Part shown: in pieces, positions 27,471-36,863 of the stretch
Layout of the letters: each line of letters starts with the position of its first letter
Numbering within the stretch: the stretch's first letter is position 1
Assembly: GCA_043780835.1 (NCBI GenBank)
Contig: JAYWCB010000001.1
Span: 103,738 to 167,737 of the forward strand
Direction of reading: 5' to 3'
Source of the DNA: Minisyncoccota bacterium
Lineage (GTDB): Bacteria; Patescibacteriota; Minisyncoccia; Phycocordibacterales; UBA2100
DNA: 64,000 nt
The notes under the pieces: generated by a model
What the model was told of the DNA's origin: nothing
What the model saw: only the letters and a program-made list of their open reading frames with translations
Database searches by the model: none
Program-made: the position numbers and the translations under genes

Positions 27471-28937
27471 TTAATTTGCGTGCGGTCGAGAATCAAACCC
27501 TCCCCATGGCAGCGCCAGGTACGGGAATGATGTTCGGAAGGACGCGTCATTTGCGTCAACTCCATCGCCCAATTGTGCAGCAAGAGGGTCCGGGGTGAAG
27601 CTTGGATGGAACAGCGGATACGCTGCACCTGCTACGGCCTTGATTTCGATGTCTGTTACATCGTCGGCAAGGCGTCGTCCGTTCGGGAAACCTTGATTGT
27701 CTCCCGCGACAACTCCAAGACGGTTTGGAGATGCAGTTGGAGCAATCGCGAGATTCAGACGAAGCTCTTCTGAAGGCTTCACGTTTTCAGGTTTTGTGAG
27801 CCCTGGAATACCTGTCAAGAAGACTGCAATCAAGTCATCGCGCTGCGATGTGCTACCGAATGCACCCTGCGGAGGTACCGCGATGCCATAGAGCCCGTGA
27901 AGCAATGTGCCAAGTTCTGGATTTGCGACATACTCCGCAAACTGTGCATCGTCAGACGGCTTTGAAGCATTCCACACATCTTTATCTTTCAACGGAATAA
28001 CGACTTCGTTTACAAGCGGTGCTCCAAGTCGTGAGACTTGTACCCAGTTGCCACGATGATCTGCCCCGACGTTTGCTCGTCCGTTTCCATCGCGCAGAAC
28101 GCGCGTTGACTGACGAGAAGAGGTTGTCCAGACGCCGATGACCGCGTTTGAACTTGTGGCAATCGTCGGCATAGTGCCGTTGTTTGTCAGGTCTTTAATT
28201 GGCACTTGAAGCGCAATTGATTGCACATTGTACCCCTTCAGACCGTCCACTCCTCCACCTGCGTTTCCTGGCAGATTGCGAATGGTAAGGAGATCGAAGA
28301 GTCCTCCGAGCTCAACGAAGAATGGGTCATCACTTTGTCCGGCAAACACCTTTCCGCCGCCGCTGAGCGGCTGTACTGCAGCTGCCTGTAGCGATGCATA
28401 ATTCGGCGTCGATTTCGGTCCGACATTTGTCGGCGGCGTCGGCACGTCTTGTGCGATGACCGTTTCTACATCACGCCCATGATTTTTTCCGTACACCACT
28501 TTCGTTACAGTATACGTTTGTCGGATGTTGAAATCCGGATCGGTGAGCGATGTGATCGGACCTGTGTTGTACAGGAACGTGTTTGGATTTTGGACGTTTG
28601 TCTTGAAGCGAAATTGATACGAGATGTCCGGCATCGCGTCGCCGTTGTTATCGACCTTTATTTCGTAGAGCACATTATCGTCGAACTGATAAAAATTTGG
28701 TCCGCCTGCCGGTTCTTCGAACGGAAGATAATTCGCGATGAGTGTCGCGGTGCTCGAAGAATCTGGACTGACGAACGCGAACAGGTCTGTTGCGTCAGCC
28801 TTTGGGTCTCCGCTGATGAGTGGAGCCTCGCGGTGACTCGATGCCTGGCTTATCTGCACCGTTGCGAATGCTCCCACGAGAGCAATCGCAATGATTGCTG
28901 CCACGCTGAGCGGTCGAGTAATACGATTTGTATTCAT
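27471..28937 (-). CDS. DUF4331-family secreted protein
   Basis: Signal peptide followed by SSHREAPLISGDPKADATDLFAFVSPD, the hallmark N-terminus of DUF4331. 488 aa. Confidence 0.65.
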   Translation of the reverse strand: MNTNRITRPLSVAAIIAIALVGAFATVQISQASSHREAPLISGDPKADATDLFAFVSPDSSSTATLIANYLPFEEPAGGPNFYQFDDNVLYEIKVDNNGDAMPDISYQFRFKTNVQNPNTFLYNTGPITSLTDPDFNIRQTYTVTKVVYGKNHGRDVETVIAQDVPTPPTNVGPKSTPNYASLQAAAVQPLSGGGKVFAGQSDDPFFVELGGLFDLLTIRNLPGNAGGGVDGLKGYNVQSIALQVPIKDLTNNGTMPTIATSSNAVIGVWTTSSRQSTRVLRDGNGRANVGADHRGNWVQVSRLGAPLVNEVVIPLKDKDVWNASKPSDDAQFAEYVANPELGTLLHGLYGIAVPPQGAFGSTSQRDDLIAVFLTGIPGLTKPENVKPSEELRLNLAIAPTASPNRLGVVAGDNQGFPNGRRLADDVTDIEIKAVAGAAYPLFHPSFTPDPLAAQLGDGVDANDASFRTSFPYLALPWGGFDSRPHAN

Positions 28938-29170
28938 ACTGTGTTCGTTATGAGTAATACGAGTAATGAATGAGATGAATGTGGAGAAATCACATTTGAC
29001 CCATGTAAAGGAGACTATACATTGCGGCCTGAAGGCAAGATGAAGAATTCCACACTCTCACGCTATACGATGCAACTTCATTTTTGTACAGCTATATTTC
29101 TTGCACTCTTTTTCAATATCTTGAACATGAAAATTAAGCTCGACGAATGTGGCAGCCAACGTTTCTCGTA

Positions 29171-30442
29171 TTAAGCCATCATGAGCCGGGCGGTATCCTG
29201 TCCGCTTTGCAACGCTCCTTCCACTGTGCCTTGCGCATCATCACCAAACGCTTCGCCGGCGAAATAAAGGCGGCTGTGCACGGGGTCGAGTAACACCTCG
29301 TTTGCCTCCCACTGCTCAGGCGTTGTATAGCTATATGCTCCACGTGCATGCGGATCGGTTCCCCAATCAACGGAGATGTACGTAATCAGCAATGACTTCA
29401 GGTGCGCTCTGTCGATCGTAAAAATATGTGCCAGCGATTGTAATGCAAGAGCCTCTAATTCATCTTCGGTCTTACGGCGTAAATTATCGGCATGCGGACC
29501 CGCAACCCAGCCGGTAAGTACGGGGTATTGCTCCGGGTACTGCGTCCACCAGGTCGGTACAATTTCGTCTGAGAACATGAAAAAGAACTTCTCAAACGCA
29601 TGCTCGCGAACACTCCCCCACCACTTATGATCGAAGCGCATGAGAATTTTAATGACAGAACCCATGCCGATACTGTCGGCTGCCTGCATCTTTTCGGCGA
29701 TTGCAGGTACGAATGTGATCGTCTGAAGAACCCGCAATGGCACTGTTACGAGAACTTTATCTGCATTATACGTAGCGGACGCCGTGCGGACCGTAACACC
29801 ATGCAGCGTCGTTGTGATCTGCAAAACGGGCTCATTGAGACGCAGTTCAAGCCCGACAAGGTCAGAGTGCAGATATCGAATAAGTGCTCCATATCCTTCT
29901 TTCAAATTCCGCTGTTTCCAACGCGCACTTCCCTGCATGTCGTAACGCAACGAAAGTGCGCTCGCGCGATCAATGTCACCCGCATCATAGCCTTCAATCC
30001 AGTGCTGAACATATTGGCGTAGCTCCACGTATTCGTCGCCCGAGAAGTTTGTCTTCAGAAATTGCGCGACAGTCACATCGTTTTCTTCGGTGAGTATCGC
30101 AAGCCTCTCAAGCAACACCGGTTGGTGACTTGAGCTCGGCAGATCAATTGATCCTTCCCCATGTAAGATCCCCGGTTCCTCGTCACGTACATCCCACCAC
30201 TCAGTTGCGTGTGTAAATGAAAAACCGGCTTCAGTAGCGAGCTCGGTTGTGACTGGTGCATCTCCGTGCACAAATTCTGCGCCGCCCATTGCCTCATATC
30301 CAAACTCATCTACCGATAGTGGATATATGCGACCACCGATCCGATCGCGTGCCTCAAGAATAGTTACAGAATGACCCGCGCGAGAAAGTTCCCGCGCCGC
30401 CATCAATCCGCATGCACCCGCGCCCACCACAATTACCTTCAT
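29171..30442 (-). CDS. FAD-dependent amine oxidase family oxidoreductase
   Basis: KVIVVGAGACGLMAARELSRAGHSVTILEARDRIGGRI is a Rossmann dinucleotide-binding motif of the flavin amine oxidase family. C-terminus FAGEA also matches the family. Confidence 0.7.
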   Translation of the reverse strand: MKVIVVGAGACGLMAARELSRAGHSVTILEARDRIGGRIYPLSVDEFGYEAMGGAEFVHGDAPVTTELATEAGFSFTHATEWWDVRDEEPGILHGEGSIDLPSSSHQPVLLERLAILTEENDVTVAQFLKTNFSGDEYVELRQYVQHWIEGYDAGDIDRASALSLRYDMQGSARWKQRNLKEGYGALIRYLHSDLVGLELRLNEPVLQITTTLHGVTVRTASATYNADKVLVTVPLRVLQTITFVPAIAEKMQAADSIGMGSVIKILMRFDHKWWGSVREHAFEKFFFMFSDEIVPTWWTQYPEQYPVLTGWVAGPHADNLRRKTEDELEALALQSLAHIFTIDRAHLKSLLITYISVDWGTDPHARGAYSYTTPEQWEANEVLLDPVHSRLYFAGEAFGDDAQGTVEGALQSGQDTARLMMA

Positions 30443-30446
30443 GCCC

Positions 30447-30851
30447 TTACATTCCTTTTGGCTGCAACATTGATGCGCGATTTCCTTCTGAATCAATGAA
30501 TCCGCAGTACAGTCCTATTCCCGGAATGTCGTCCGGCGCGTCCGGTCCACCTTGTCCGCCTAGAATTGTTCCACCTGCTGCTTTTACTTTTTCCATTGCA
30601 TCGTGAATATCGTCTACAGATATTACCACTGATGGCACTTGTTCGGGCTTTGTGCGCTTAAACAGGCCTCCGTTAATGTGTCCCGGTGTCTGAACCATAC
30701 GATTTTCGTCTGTTTCGGTTGTTTGCACCACCACATAGTCCCCCATCTCCGGACCCATAATGTTTGGCTTCCATCCGAACGCTTTTGTATAAAATTCGGC
30801 CGCGCGGTCGGCGTCCTCGTATGGCATTTCAAAGTGAACGACTGGATTCAT
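30447..30851 (-). CDS. VOC/glyoxalase-family protein
   Basis: MNPVVHFEMPYEDADRAAEFYTKAFGW is the VOC (glyoxalase/bleomycin-resistance) beta-alpha-beta-beta-beta N-terminus. Confidence 0.6.
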   Translation of the reverse strand: MNPVVHFEMPYEDADRAAEFYTKAFGWKPNIMGPEMGDYVVVQTTETDENRMVQTPGHINGGLFKRTKPEQVPSVVISVDDIHDAMEKVKAAGGTILGGQGGPDAPDDIPGIGLYCGFIDSEGNRASMLQPKGM

Positions 30852-30932
30852 ACATGAAAGTTTTAACAATTAAGTGCTGGTATTGTAGCACCGCCTCATG
30901 AAGAAACGGTGCGTCTGCGCTATAGTAATGCT

Positions 30933-32153
30933 ATGGAGAATATTGAAACCCAATGTGTCATTGCGGGCGGTGGTCCCGCCGGGATGATGCTTGGATACCT
31001 CCTTGCACGAGCGGGAGTTGAAGTTCACGTGCTGGAGAAATGGCCGGACTTTTTCCGGGATTTTCGTGGCGACACGATTCACCCGTCCACGATGGAGATA
31101 CTGCACGAACTCGGCATTCTCGAAGATTTTTTGAAGCTGCCGCACAATAAGACGCGAAAGATGAACGGCATGGTGAACGGTGAAGTGTTTACGATTGCCG
31201 ATCTCACACGACTCAACGTGCGTGAGCCGTATATCGCTTTTTTGCCGCAATGGGACTTTTTAAATTTTCTCGCAGGTAAAGCAAAACAGTATCCCTCGTT
31301 TCATGTGCATATGGAAACCGATGCGAGGGATCTGATTCAGGAAAACGGACGCGTCATCGGCGTTCGAGCAACACATGCGGGCAGCGAATTCGAGATTCGT
31401 GCCGATTGTGTGATTGGTGCCGACGGCAGACATTCGACTATTCGTGAGAAAGCGAATTTGGTCATGGAAACACTCGCCGAGCCCTTCGATGTGCTTTGGT
31501 TTAAGCTCGCGGCTACGACGACGGATCCTGAGCAATCTCTCGGAGTGCTCAAAGATCACAAAGTCATGGTGATGCTCGATCGGGGCGATTACTGGCAATG
31601 CGGATTTCTCATCGAGAAAGGCAAGCTCGACACAATGAAAGAGCGTGGCATCGAAGCGTTTCGAGCCGATATCGTGAGCCTTGCCCCGGCAATGGCACAG
31701 TCGGTCCTCGCGCTTACCTCATGGGATCAGATCAAGCTTTTGAGCGTCACATTGGATCATGCGACTCAGTGGTATAAGGACGGGGTGCTGTGCATCGGCG
31801 ACTGCGCACATGCAATGTCACCCCTCGGTGGCGTGGGCATAAACGTGGCGATCCACGATGCCGTCGCGGCTGGCAATGTGCTTATTCCCGCATTTCGTCG
31901 AGGGGCTCCCACGCTACGTGATCTTTCTCTCGTACAGGCACAGCGCGAACGGGCCGTTCGGAAAATGCAGCTCGTACAGCGCATTATGCAAAATCATTTC
32001 TTACTACCGTTTCTCAGATCGCACGGCACATCCGGCGTGCCGTTTCCTTTTCGTCTCCTCAAGTGGTTTCCGTTTTTGAGCGTAATCCCTGCTCGATTTA
32101 TTGGCATCGGCTTTGAACCGCAGCATATATCAAAAGAGTTGTTCAAAATATAG
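30933..32153 (+). CDS. FAD-dependent monooxygenase (UbiH/PheA-like)
   Basis: CVIAGGGPAGMMLGYLLARAGVEVHVLEK is a GxGxxG FAD-binding site. LCIGDCAHAMSPLGGVGINVAIHDA is the DG and GD motifs of class A flavoprotein monooxygenases. Confidence 0.7.
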   Translation: MENIETQCVIAGGGPAGMMLGYLLARAGVEVHVLEKWPDFFRDFRGDTIHPSTMEILHELGILEDFLKLPHNKTRKMNGMVNGEVFTIADLTRLNVREPYIAFLPQWDFLNFLAGKAKQYPSFHVHMETDARDLIQENGRVIGVRATHAGSEFEIRADCVIGADGRHSTIREKANLVMETLAEPFDVLWFKLAATTTDPEQSLGVLKDHKVMVMLDRGDYWQCGFLIEKGKLDTMKERGIEAFRADIVSLAPAMAQSVLALTSWDQIKLLSVTLDHATQWYKDGVLCIGDCAHAMSPLGGVGINVAIHDAVAAGNVLIPAFRRGAPTLRDLSLVQAQRERAVRKMQLVQRIMQNHFLLPFLRSHGTSGVPFPFRLLKWFPFLSVIPARFIGIGFEPQHISKELFKI

Positions 32154-32238
32154 GTACTGAGCGCAGCATCTGGAACAAAGAGACATTGCGCACACGAACT
32201 TCACGATACTTTTATCCTGAACGGCTCAGTATGGATCG

Positions 32239-33051
32239 ATGGCAGACTGGTCAAAGATTACGAGCCGCGGAAATGTTGAGGACCGGCGCGGATTTTCTCC
32301 TGTATCGATTGGTGGCGGCTTGGGCGTAACGGGTTTAGTGATCGCGCTCTTGCTGAATTATTTGAATACCGGTAGCGTGAACGTAAACGACATGTTGTCA
32401 CAACTACAGAACGTGCAGGTGGCATCGGAACAAACACGCAATGCAAAAGCATTTGATGGCGCGGACTCATACGAGGTGTTTGCTTCTACCGTCCTCGGCT
32501 CAACAAATGACATGTGGACGAAAGTATTCGCCTCACAGAATCTCACCTATACTCCGCCAAAATTGGCTCTCTTTCGAAGCGCTACCCAATCAGCCTGCGG
32601 CGGAGCTGATGCACGTGTCGGACCGCATTACTGCCCGCTTGATCAGACTATTTACCTTGACGAAACGTTTTTCGATGAACTCAAAAAACTCGGCGGGTCC
32701 GGCGACGTTGCACAAGCGTATGTTATTGCGCACGAAGTAGGACATCACGCGCAAAATCAACTCGGGTTGTTTGATGCTGAAAAGACGGCAGCGGACTCCA
32801 TTGCAATCGAACTGCAGGCGGATTGTTTTGCGGGACTGTGGGCATATTCAGTGCGAGACCTCGGTGTATTTGCACCGGGGGAAATTAATGAAGCGCTCGG
32901 TGCAGCCGCAGCTGTGGGCGACGATCGAGTGCAGTCAACATACACCGGCAGAATTACACCTGAGACCTGGACACACGGTTCGTCAAAACAGCGAGTGGAT
33001 TCGTTTAACGCTGGCTATCAATCCGGCAGCATCGGTGCTTGCATAAAGTAA
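32239..33051 (+). CDS. YpfJ-family putative neutral zinc metallopeptidase (Zn_peptidase_2)
   Basis: GPHYCPLDQTIYLDETFFDELKKLGGSGDVAQAYVIAHEVGHHAQNQLG ... LQADCFAGLWA is the family signature, including HExxH. Confidence 0.8.
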   Translation: MADWSKITSRGNVEDRRGFSPVSIGGGLGVTGLVIALLLNYLNTGSVNVNDMLSQLQNVQVASEQTRNAKAFDGADSYEVFASTVLGSTNDMWTKVFASQNLTYTPPKLALFRSATQSACGGADARVGPHYCPLDQTIYLDETFFDELKKLGGSGDVAQAYVIAHEVGHHAQNQLGLFDAEKTAADSIAIELQADCFAGLWAYSVRDLGVFAPGEINEALGAAAAVGDDRVQSTYTGRITPETWTHGSSKQRVDSFNAGYQSGSIGACIK

Positions 33052-33187
33052 GATGCCGCTCGTAATCGGTACTCAGCTTTCGCATTCATGATGAAATGCC
33101 ACATCTGAAATAATCGAGAGTTTAACCGTGTATTACATACGGAGCATAAGGACGCTTGTGCCCGAATTACAAAGTTAAAAAAATCAT

Positions 33188-33286
33188 ATGACTAAAGCAC
33201 AAAAGATCTTCGCCGTGCCGTCGATCGGAGCACTTCTTCTGGCGGGAGCGGTCGCAGGATCTGCGGGCTTAGCATTCGCCAACTGA
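33188..33286 (+). CDS. Possible small hydrophobic peptide (32 aa)
   Basis: MTKAQKIFAVPSIGALLLAGAVAGSAGLAFAN followed by a 7-bp-stem hairpin (33297-33322). Below the ORF-track length cutoff. Speculative. Confidence 0.2.
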   Translation: MTKAQKIFAVPSIGALLLAGAVAGSAGLAFAN

Positions 33287-33352
33287 CCACGAAACATCTC
33301 TGACAGACCGACGCACGTCAGAGTTCGATGAATCCGCCGATTCAGTCTCTAT

Positions 33353-33826
33353 TTATTTTTGATCGTTTAAGTCTCCAAATTCTCCGACACCATCCAGCTT
33401 CCCTATTTTGTGCATCATCACAGCGCGAACATTCTTGGCACTAAAGTAAAGCGCAACGAGCAGCAGCAAAGACAGGAGCTCGAATGCCATGAACACAAAA
33501 AGTGCATGGCTCAAGTACGCAGCAATGGCATACGCCTCACCCATTAAAATTCCGAGAACCGCAGCAATGGTATCGAGAATCATGATCATTTTGCTATGCG
33601 GATTTGTAAAACCGGCAAGGACGACGAGCGCAAGTACAATTGGCATCCCGAGAAGGCCCGCCTCGATGCTGCCGCCAAACGGAATCATGAGACCAAGTAT
33701 TACGGCACAGGCTACAAAGATAGCGCGCACCACATCTCCGTAGTAGTGCGCAACTAATGGCCATGCCGGTAGTTGACTTTCGAGCGGGGGTTGTGCACTC
33801 ATTTGTAAAGTATATACCTGTCTCAA
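33353..33826 (-). CDS. Hypothetical integral membrane protein
   Basis: 157 aa with 4 hydrophobic helices. No motif recognised. Confidence 0.4.
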   Translation of the reverse strand: MRQVYTLQMSAQPPLESQLPAWPLVAHYYGDVVRAIFVACAVILGLMIPFGGSIEAGLLGMPIVLALVVLAGFTNPHSKMIMILDTIAAVLGILMGEAYAIAAYLSHALFVFMAFELLSLLLLVALYFSAKNVRAVMMHKIGKLDGVGEFGDLNDQK

Positions 33827-33864
33827 GTCCCCGCTATCTCAGCCACACAGTGTATACTCGGCTG

Positions 33865-34332
33865 ATGACAGACGACTCAAACAGTCGAGACGAAGCCCTC
33901 ACTTTTTTGAAAGCACATTCTGCGGGTGTCGTCGCCACCGTATCTAAGGACTATGCTCCGCATGCGTCGGTGATTTTCTACGTAACAGACGAGGCATTCA
34001 ATATTTATTTTCTGACGAAACGGAGCAGTCGAAAGTTTAAAGCAATCAGTGCCCATCCGCAGGTGGCATTTACCATCGGACCGCAGGATGTGCCACAAAC
34101 GCTGCAAATTGAGGGTACGGGTTCAGAACTAACAAGCACAGAAGACCGGGATAAGCATATACCCGACCTCATGAATATTCTGGCGGCGCAACGTCCGGGA
34201 TTTGTTCCGGCCGGTAAAATGGACGGCGAACTCACCGTTATGTGGATTCAACCGAAATGGATTCGTTGGGCTGATTTTTCTAAGCCGGTAATCGGCAACG
34301 ACAATTTGTTTGTTGATATTCCGCTGAGCTAA
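33865..34332 (+). CDS. Pyridoxamine 5'-phosphate oxidase-like FMN-binding split-barrel protein
   Basis: The LKAHSAGVVATVSKDYAPHASVIFYVTDEAFNIYFLTKRSSRKFKAI pattern matches the PNPOx-like family. Start placed at MTDDSN. Confidence 0.55.
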   Translation: MTDDSNSRDEALTFLKAHSAGVVATVSKDYAPHASVIFYVTDEAFNIYFLTKRSSRKFKAISAHPQVAFTIGPQDVPQTLQIEGTGSELTSTEDRDKHIPDLMNILAAQRPGFVPAGKMDGELTVMWIQPKWIRWADFSKPVIGNDNLFVDIPLS

Positions 34333-34336
34333 TCAA

Positions 34337-34365
34337 AACCCCTCAAGACGAGGGGTTTTGATTCG
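34337..34365. terminator. Bidirectional Rho-independent terminator
   Basis: caaaacccctcAAGAcgaggggttttg between convergent genes. Confidence 0.75.
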
Positions 34366-34379
34366 CTTAAAGCGAGTAT

Positions 34380-35171
34380 TTACTTACCTGTCTTAAACGA
34401 CAAGATTGTTCCATTCACCGTTCCGTACTCATTCTGCGCATTGATGCGAAAATAATAGGTGGTGTTGGCATTTAATTTTGGTGAAGCAGTGGCCACAATT
34501 GAAGCATCACCGTTTCCGATTGAAACAAATGCTGTTGTATGCCCGAGGTTAGCGCTTCTTCCGTACTCGAACCAATACTGAGTCATGCCTTTGTTCGGGT
34601 TCACTTCCCCGCGGAGCGTGGCACCGGAATTCGTTATGGCGTCTGCCGGAAACGTCTTCGATGTAGGGACGGTACCGGACGCCGGGCTGCTTGCGCCGGA
34701 CGTTCGTACGGTTTTGAGAATCCCGTTGCTGCGCCCGTATTGGTTTTCTGCGACCAATCGGTAGTAATACGTCGTGTTTTTTGTCAATTCGGTAATGTAG
34801 CCGGGCGCAAGCGTTGCAACACGACCAGATCCGACGCTTTGTTTTTCCGATTGCTTACCGAGCGAGGTACCGAGGCCATATTCATACCAATACGCCGTGA
34901 TCGCACCGTTTGGATTTACCGTACCCGTAACGACTGCCGTTGTGTCGGTCGGCGCAACAGTTTCGTTTGTCGTTGCGACGGGTGCCGTCCCCACAACATC
35001 TTCGCTGTCAGGCACGCTCACTTGATCAGCGACAGCGGTGTTTTCGGCAGATGTAGTGGTCCCATTCGGAATACTCGTTACTATATTCGGGTTGCGCGAG
35101 GCAAGCATGAATACTATTAACGCCAGTAGAATAATTATAATACCTCCGATAACGGACGTGGTTTTTGACAT
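34380..35171 (-). CDS. Membrane-anchored surface protein with two tandem ~75-aa beta-sandwich-like repeats
   Basis: N-terminal TM helix and a T/V-rich linker. Repeat 1 ...VNPNGAITAYWYEYGLGTSLG...TTYYYRLVAENQYGRSNG and repeat 2 ...VNPNKGMTQYWFEYGRSANLG...TTYYFRINAQNEYGTVNG. Confidence 0.5.
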   Translation of the reverse strand: MSKTTSVIGGIIIILLALIVFMLASRNPNIVTSIPNGTTTSAENTAVADQVSVPDSEDVVGTAPVATTNETVAPTDTTAVVTGTVNPNGAITAYWYEYGLGTSLGKQSEKQSVGSGRVATLAPGYITELTKNTTYYYRLVAENQYGRSNGILKTVRTSGASSPASGTVPTSKTFPADAITNSGATLRGEVNPNKGMTQYWFEYGRSANLGHTTAFVSIGNGDASIVATASPKLNANTTYYFRINAQNEYGTVNGTILSFKTGK

Positions 35172-35224
35172 ACAAGAAACACTACTAACTAAGACGTGAA
35201 GGGTTCATGAATATTTGATTTTTT

Positions 35225-36418
35225 CTACAGCTCTTCTTCTACATGCTCTTCCACGCGACTTTTGCCAAATGGCAACGTAAATGAAAATGTAGACCCTTCT
35301 CCAGGCTTGCTTTTTATGTCCATGGTTCCACCATGGTCTTTGATGATCTCGCTGGCGATATGCAGCCCAAGACCGAGGCCTTCGATATGATCGCTTCCCT
35401 CTTCGCGAACGCGAAAAAATCGATTGCGAACATTTTCTATTTGATTTTTCGGAATACCTATACCAAAGTCCTGCACACTGACCGTGACCGTATCCGTGCT
35501 TTCCGCGACAGAAACGATAATTTTATCAGCTCCAGGCGAATACTTTGCGGCGTTTGTAATAAGATTCGTTACTACCTGCTCGATACGAGGTTTATCTGCA
35601 AATACTGCTCTCGAGACCTCTCCTTCACAGAGAATGACATGTGATTTATTGAAACTGCGGACCATTTTTATCACTGCGGTAATCATGGAACTGAGATCGA
35701 ATTCTGATTTACGAAGTTCCAATTTGCCTGTTTGTACGCGATAGAGATCAGTAAATGAATCGATTAATTCCGTTAGGCGATCGATTTGCTGCTCGAGCAT
35801 AGTAAGTGATGAGACATTCTCCTCGTGGTTTTCGTTGCGTGCGTCAATTAAAAGCGCTTGGGTAAGTGCCTTGATGCTTCCGAGTGGCGTACGTAGTTCG
35901 TGCGATGCGACGCCAATAAAGTCGTCTTTCAGTTGCTCAGTTGCTTTTCGAAGCGTTATGTCCTGTATCGCGAGTAATATGAGCCCTGTTTTATATTTCT
36001 CCAATATGATTCGGCGCGCATTCAAAAGCATCGTCTTTTCGCCCACGTCCTCGAAGGTGTGTGTAATTTCAAAATCATGGAATTGCGAATCACGGGGCAA
36101 AATATCGAGTAAGAGCTCTTTCAGTTTGGGGATATCCCATTGCCCATTACCGATGTCGAAAATCTTCTTCTCATATGTTTCCTCCTTGGTCACCCGAAAC
36201 GTATCGAAAAACGCCTTGTTTGCCGTTCGGATGGCAAGATCCTCCCCTAAAATAATAAGCGGCTCTCGCACGGTTTCCACAATGGCGTCTGCATATGCAT
36301 ATATCACTACGAGATCCTCAACGCTCAGATTTGAAATATCTTTCATCAATTCTATCGCTGACGGTGCGGCAAAAATTGCTGCCGGTAGCGGTTCCTTTTC
36401 TTCATTGGAGTCGGTCAT
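35225..36418 (-). CDS. PAS-domain sensor histidine kinase (cytoplasmic)
   Basis: N-terminal PAS-like region. H-box IGVASHELRTPLGSIK. HATPase_c with N box (NLITNAAKYS) and G boxes (DFGIGIP, GLGLGL). Confidence 0.8.
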   Translation of the reverse strand: MTDSNEEKEPLPAAIFAAPSAIELMKDISNLSVEDLVVIYAYADAIVETVREPLIILGEDLAIRTANKAFFDTFRVTKEETYEKKIFDIGNGQWDIPKLKELLLDILPRDSQFHDFEITHTFEDVGEKTMLLNARRIILEKYKTGLILLAIQDITLRKATEQLKDDFIGVASHELRTPLGSIKALTQALLIDARNENHEENVSSLTMLEQQIDRLTELIDSFTDLYRVQTGKLELRKSEFDLSSMITAVIKMVRSFNKSHVILCEGEVSRAVFADKPRIEQVVTNLITNAAKYSPGADKIIVSVAESTDTVTVSVQDFGIGIPKNQIENVRNRFFRVREEGSDHIEGLGLGLHIASEIIKDHGGTMDIKSKPGEGSTFSFTLPFGKSRVEEHVEEEL

Positions 36419-36495
36419 ATTCGCTCACTGTAACACTTGCGCCTCTAACCTACGACAAAATCGCCGGCGATTTGCCGGCGACTTTGTCTTCATCA

Positions 36496-36711
36496 TTACT
36501 GCGTAGAATTTCCACCGGTATTCCCGACCGGATTCGGAACTGTCACATTTATGTTGTTTGTGGTCGGAGCTGCACGTCCGAACGCGCCATGACGGTAGGC
36601 ATAAATACCTCCGCCGATCACTACGATAAGAATAAGCACTGCAACCATCCAACCGGCAGAACTGTCGTTATTGCTCGGAGTTGGAGTGTTGGTGATAATA
36701 GTATCTGCCAT
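36496..36711 (-). CDS. Hypothetical small membrane protein
   Basis: 71 aa with one TM helix and an N/T/G-rich tail. Confidence 0.3.
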   Translation of the reverse strand: MADTIITNTPTPSNNDSSAGWMVAVLILIVVIGGGIYAYRHGAFGRAAPTTNNINVTVPNPVGNTGGNSTQ

Positions 36712-36812
36712 AACAATTGAATTAAGAACACGTTAAACCACTGCTAATACGCAAGCGTAGTAAATAAAAGATGGATATATCATGAAGACGGCCTACAGAC
36801 GCGTATACATAT

Positions 36813-36845
36813 ACACAAACGCTGCACAATGTGCAGCGTTTGTGT
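36813..36845. terminator. Perfect palindromic hairpin (putative terminator)
   Basis: acacaaacgctgcacaATGtgcagcgtttgtgt is a 15-bp perfect stem downstream of the 36864-37400 gene. Confidence 0.55.
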
Positions 36846-36863
36846 ATATACCTAGACTGATCG

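Noticed and set aside
28938-29170. 230-bp AT-rich intergenic region with a short gagtaat / gagatgaat mini-repeat, considered as a regulatory RNA
   Set aside because: No convincing conserved structure or hairpin was visible. It is more likely a promoter or UTR region for the upstream DUF4331 gene.
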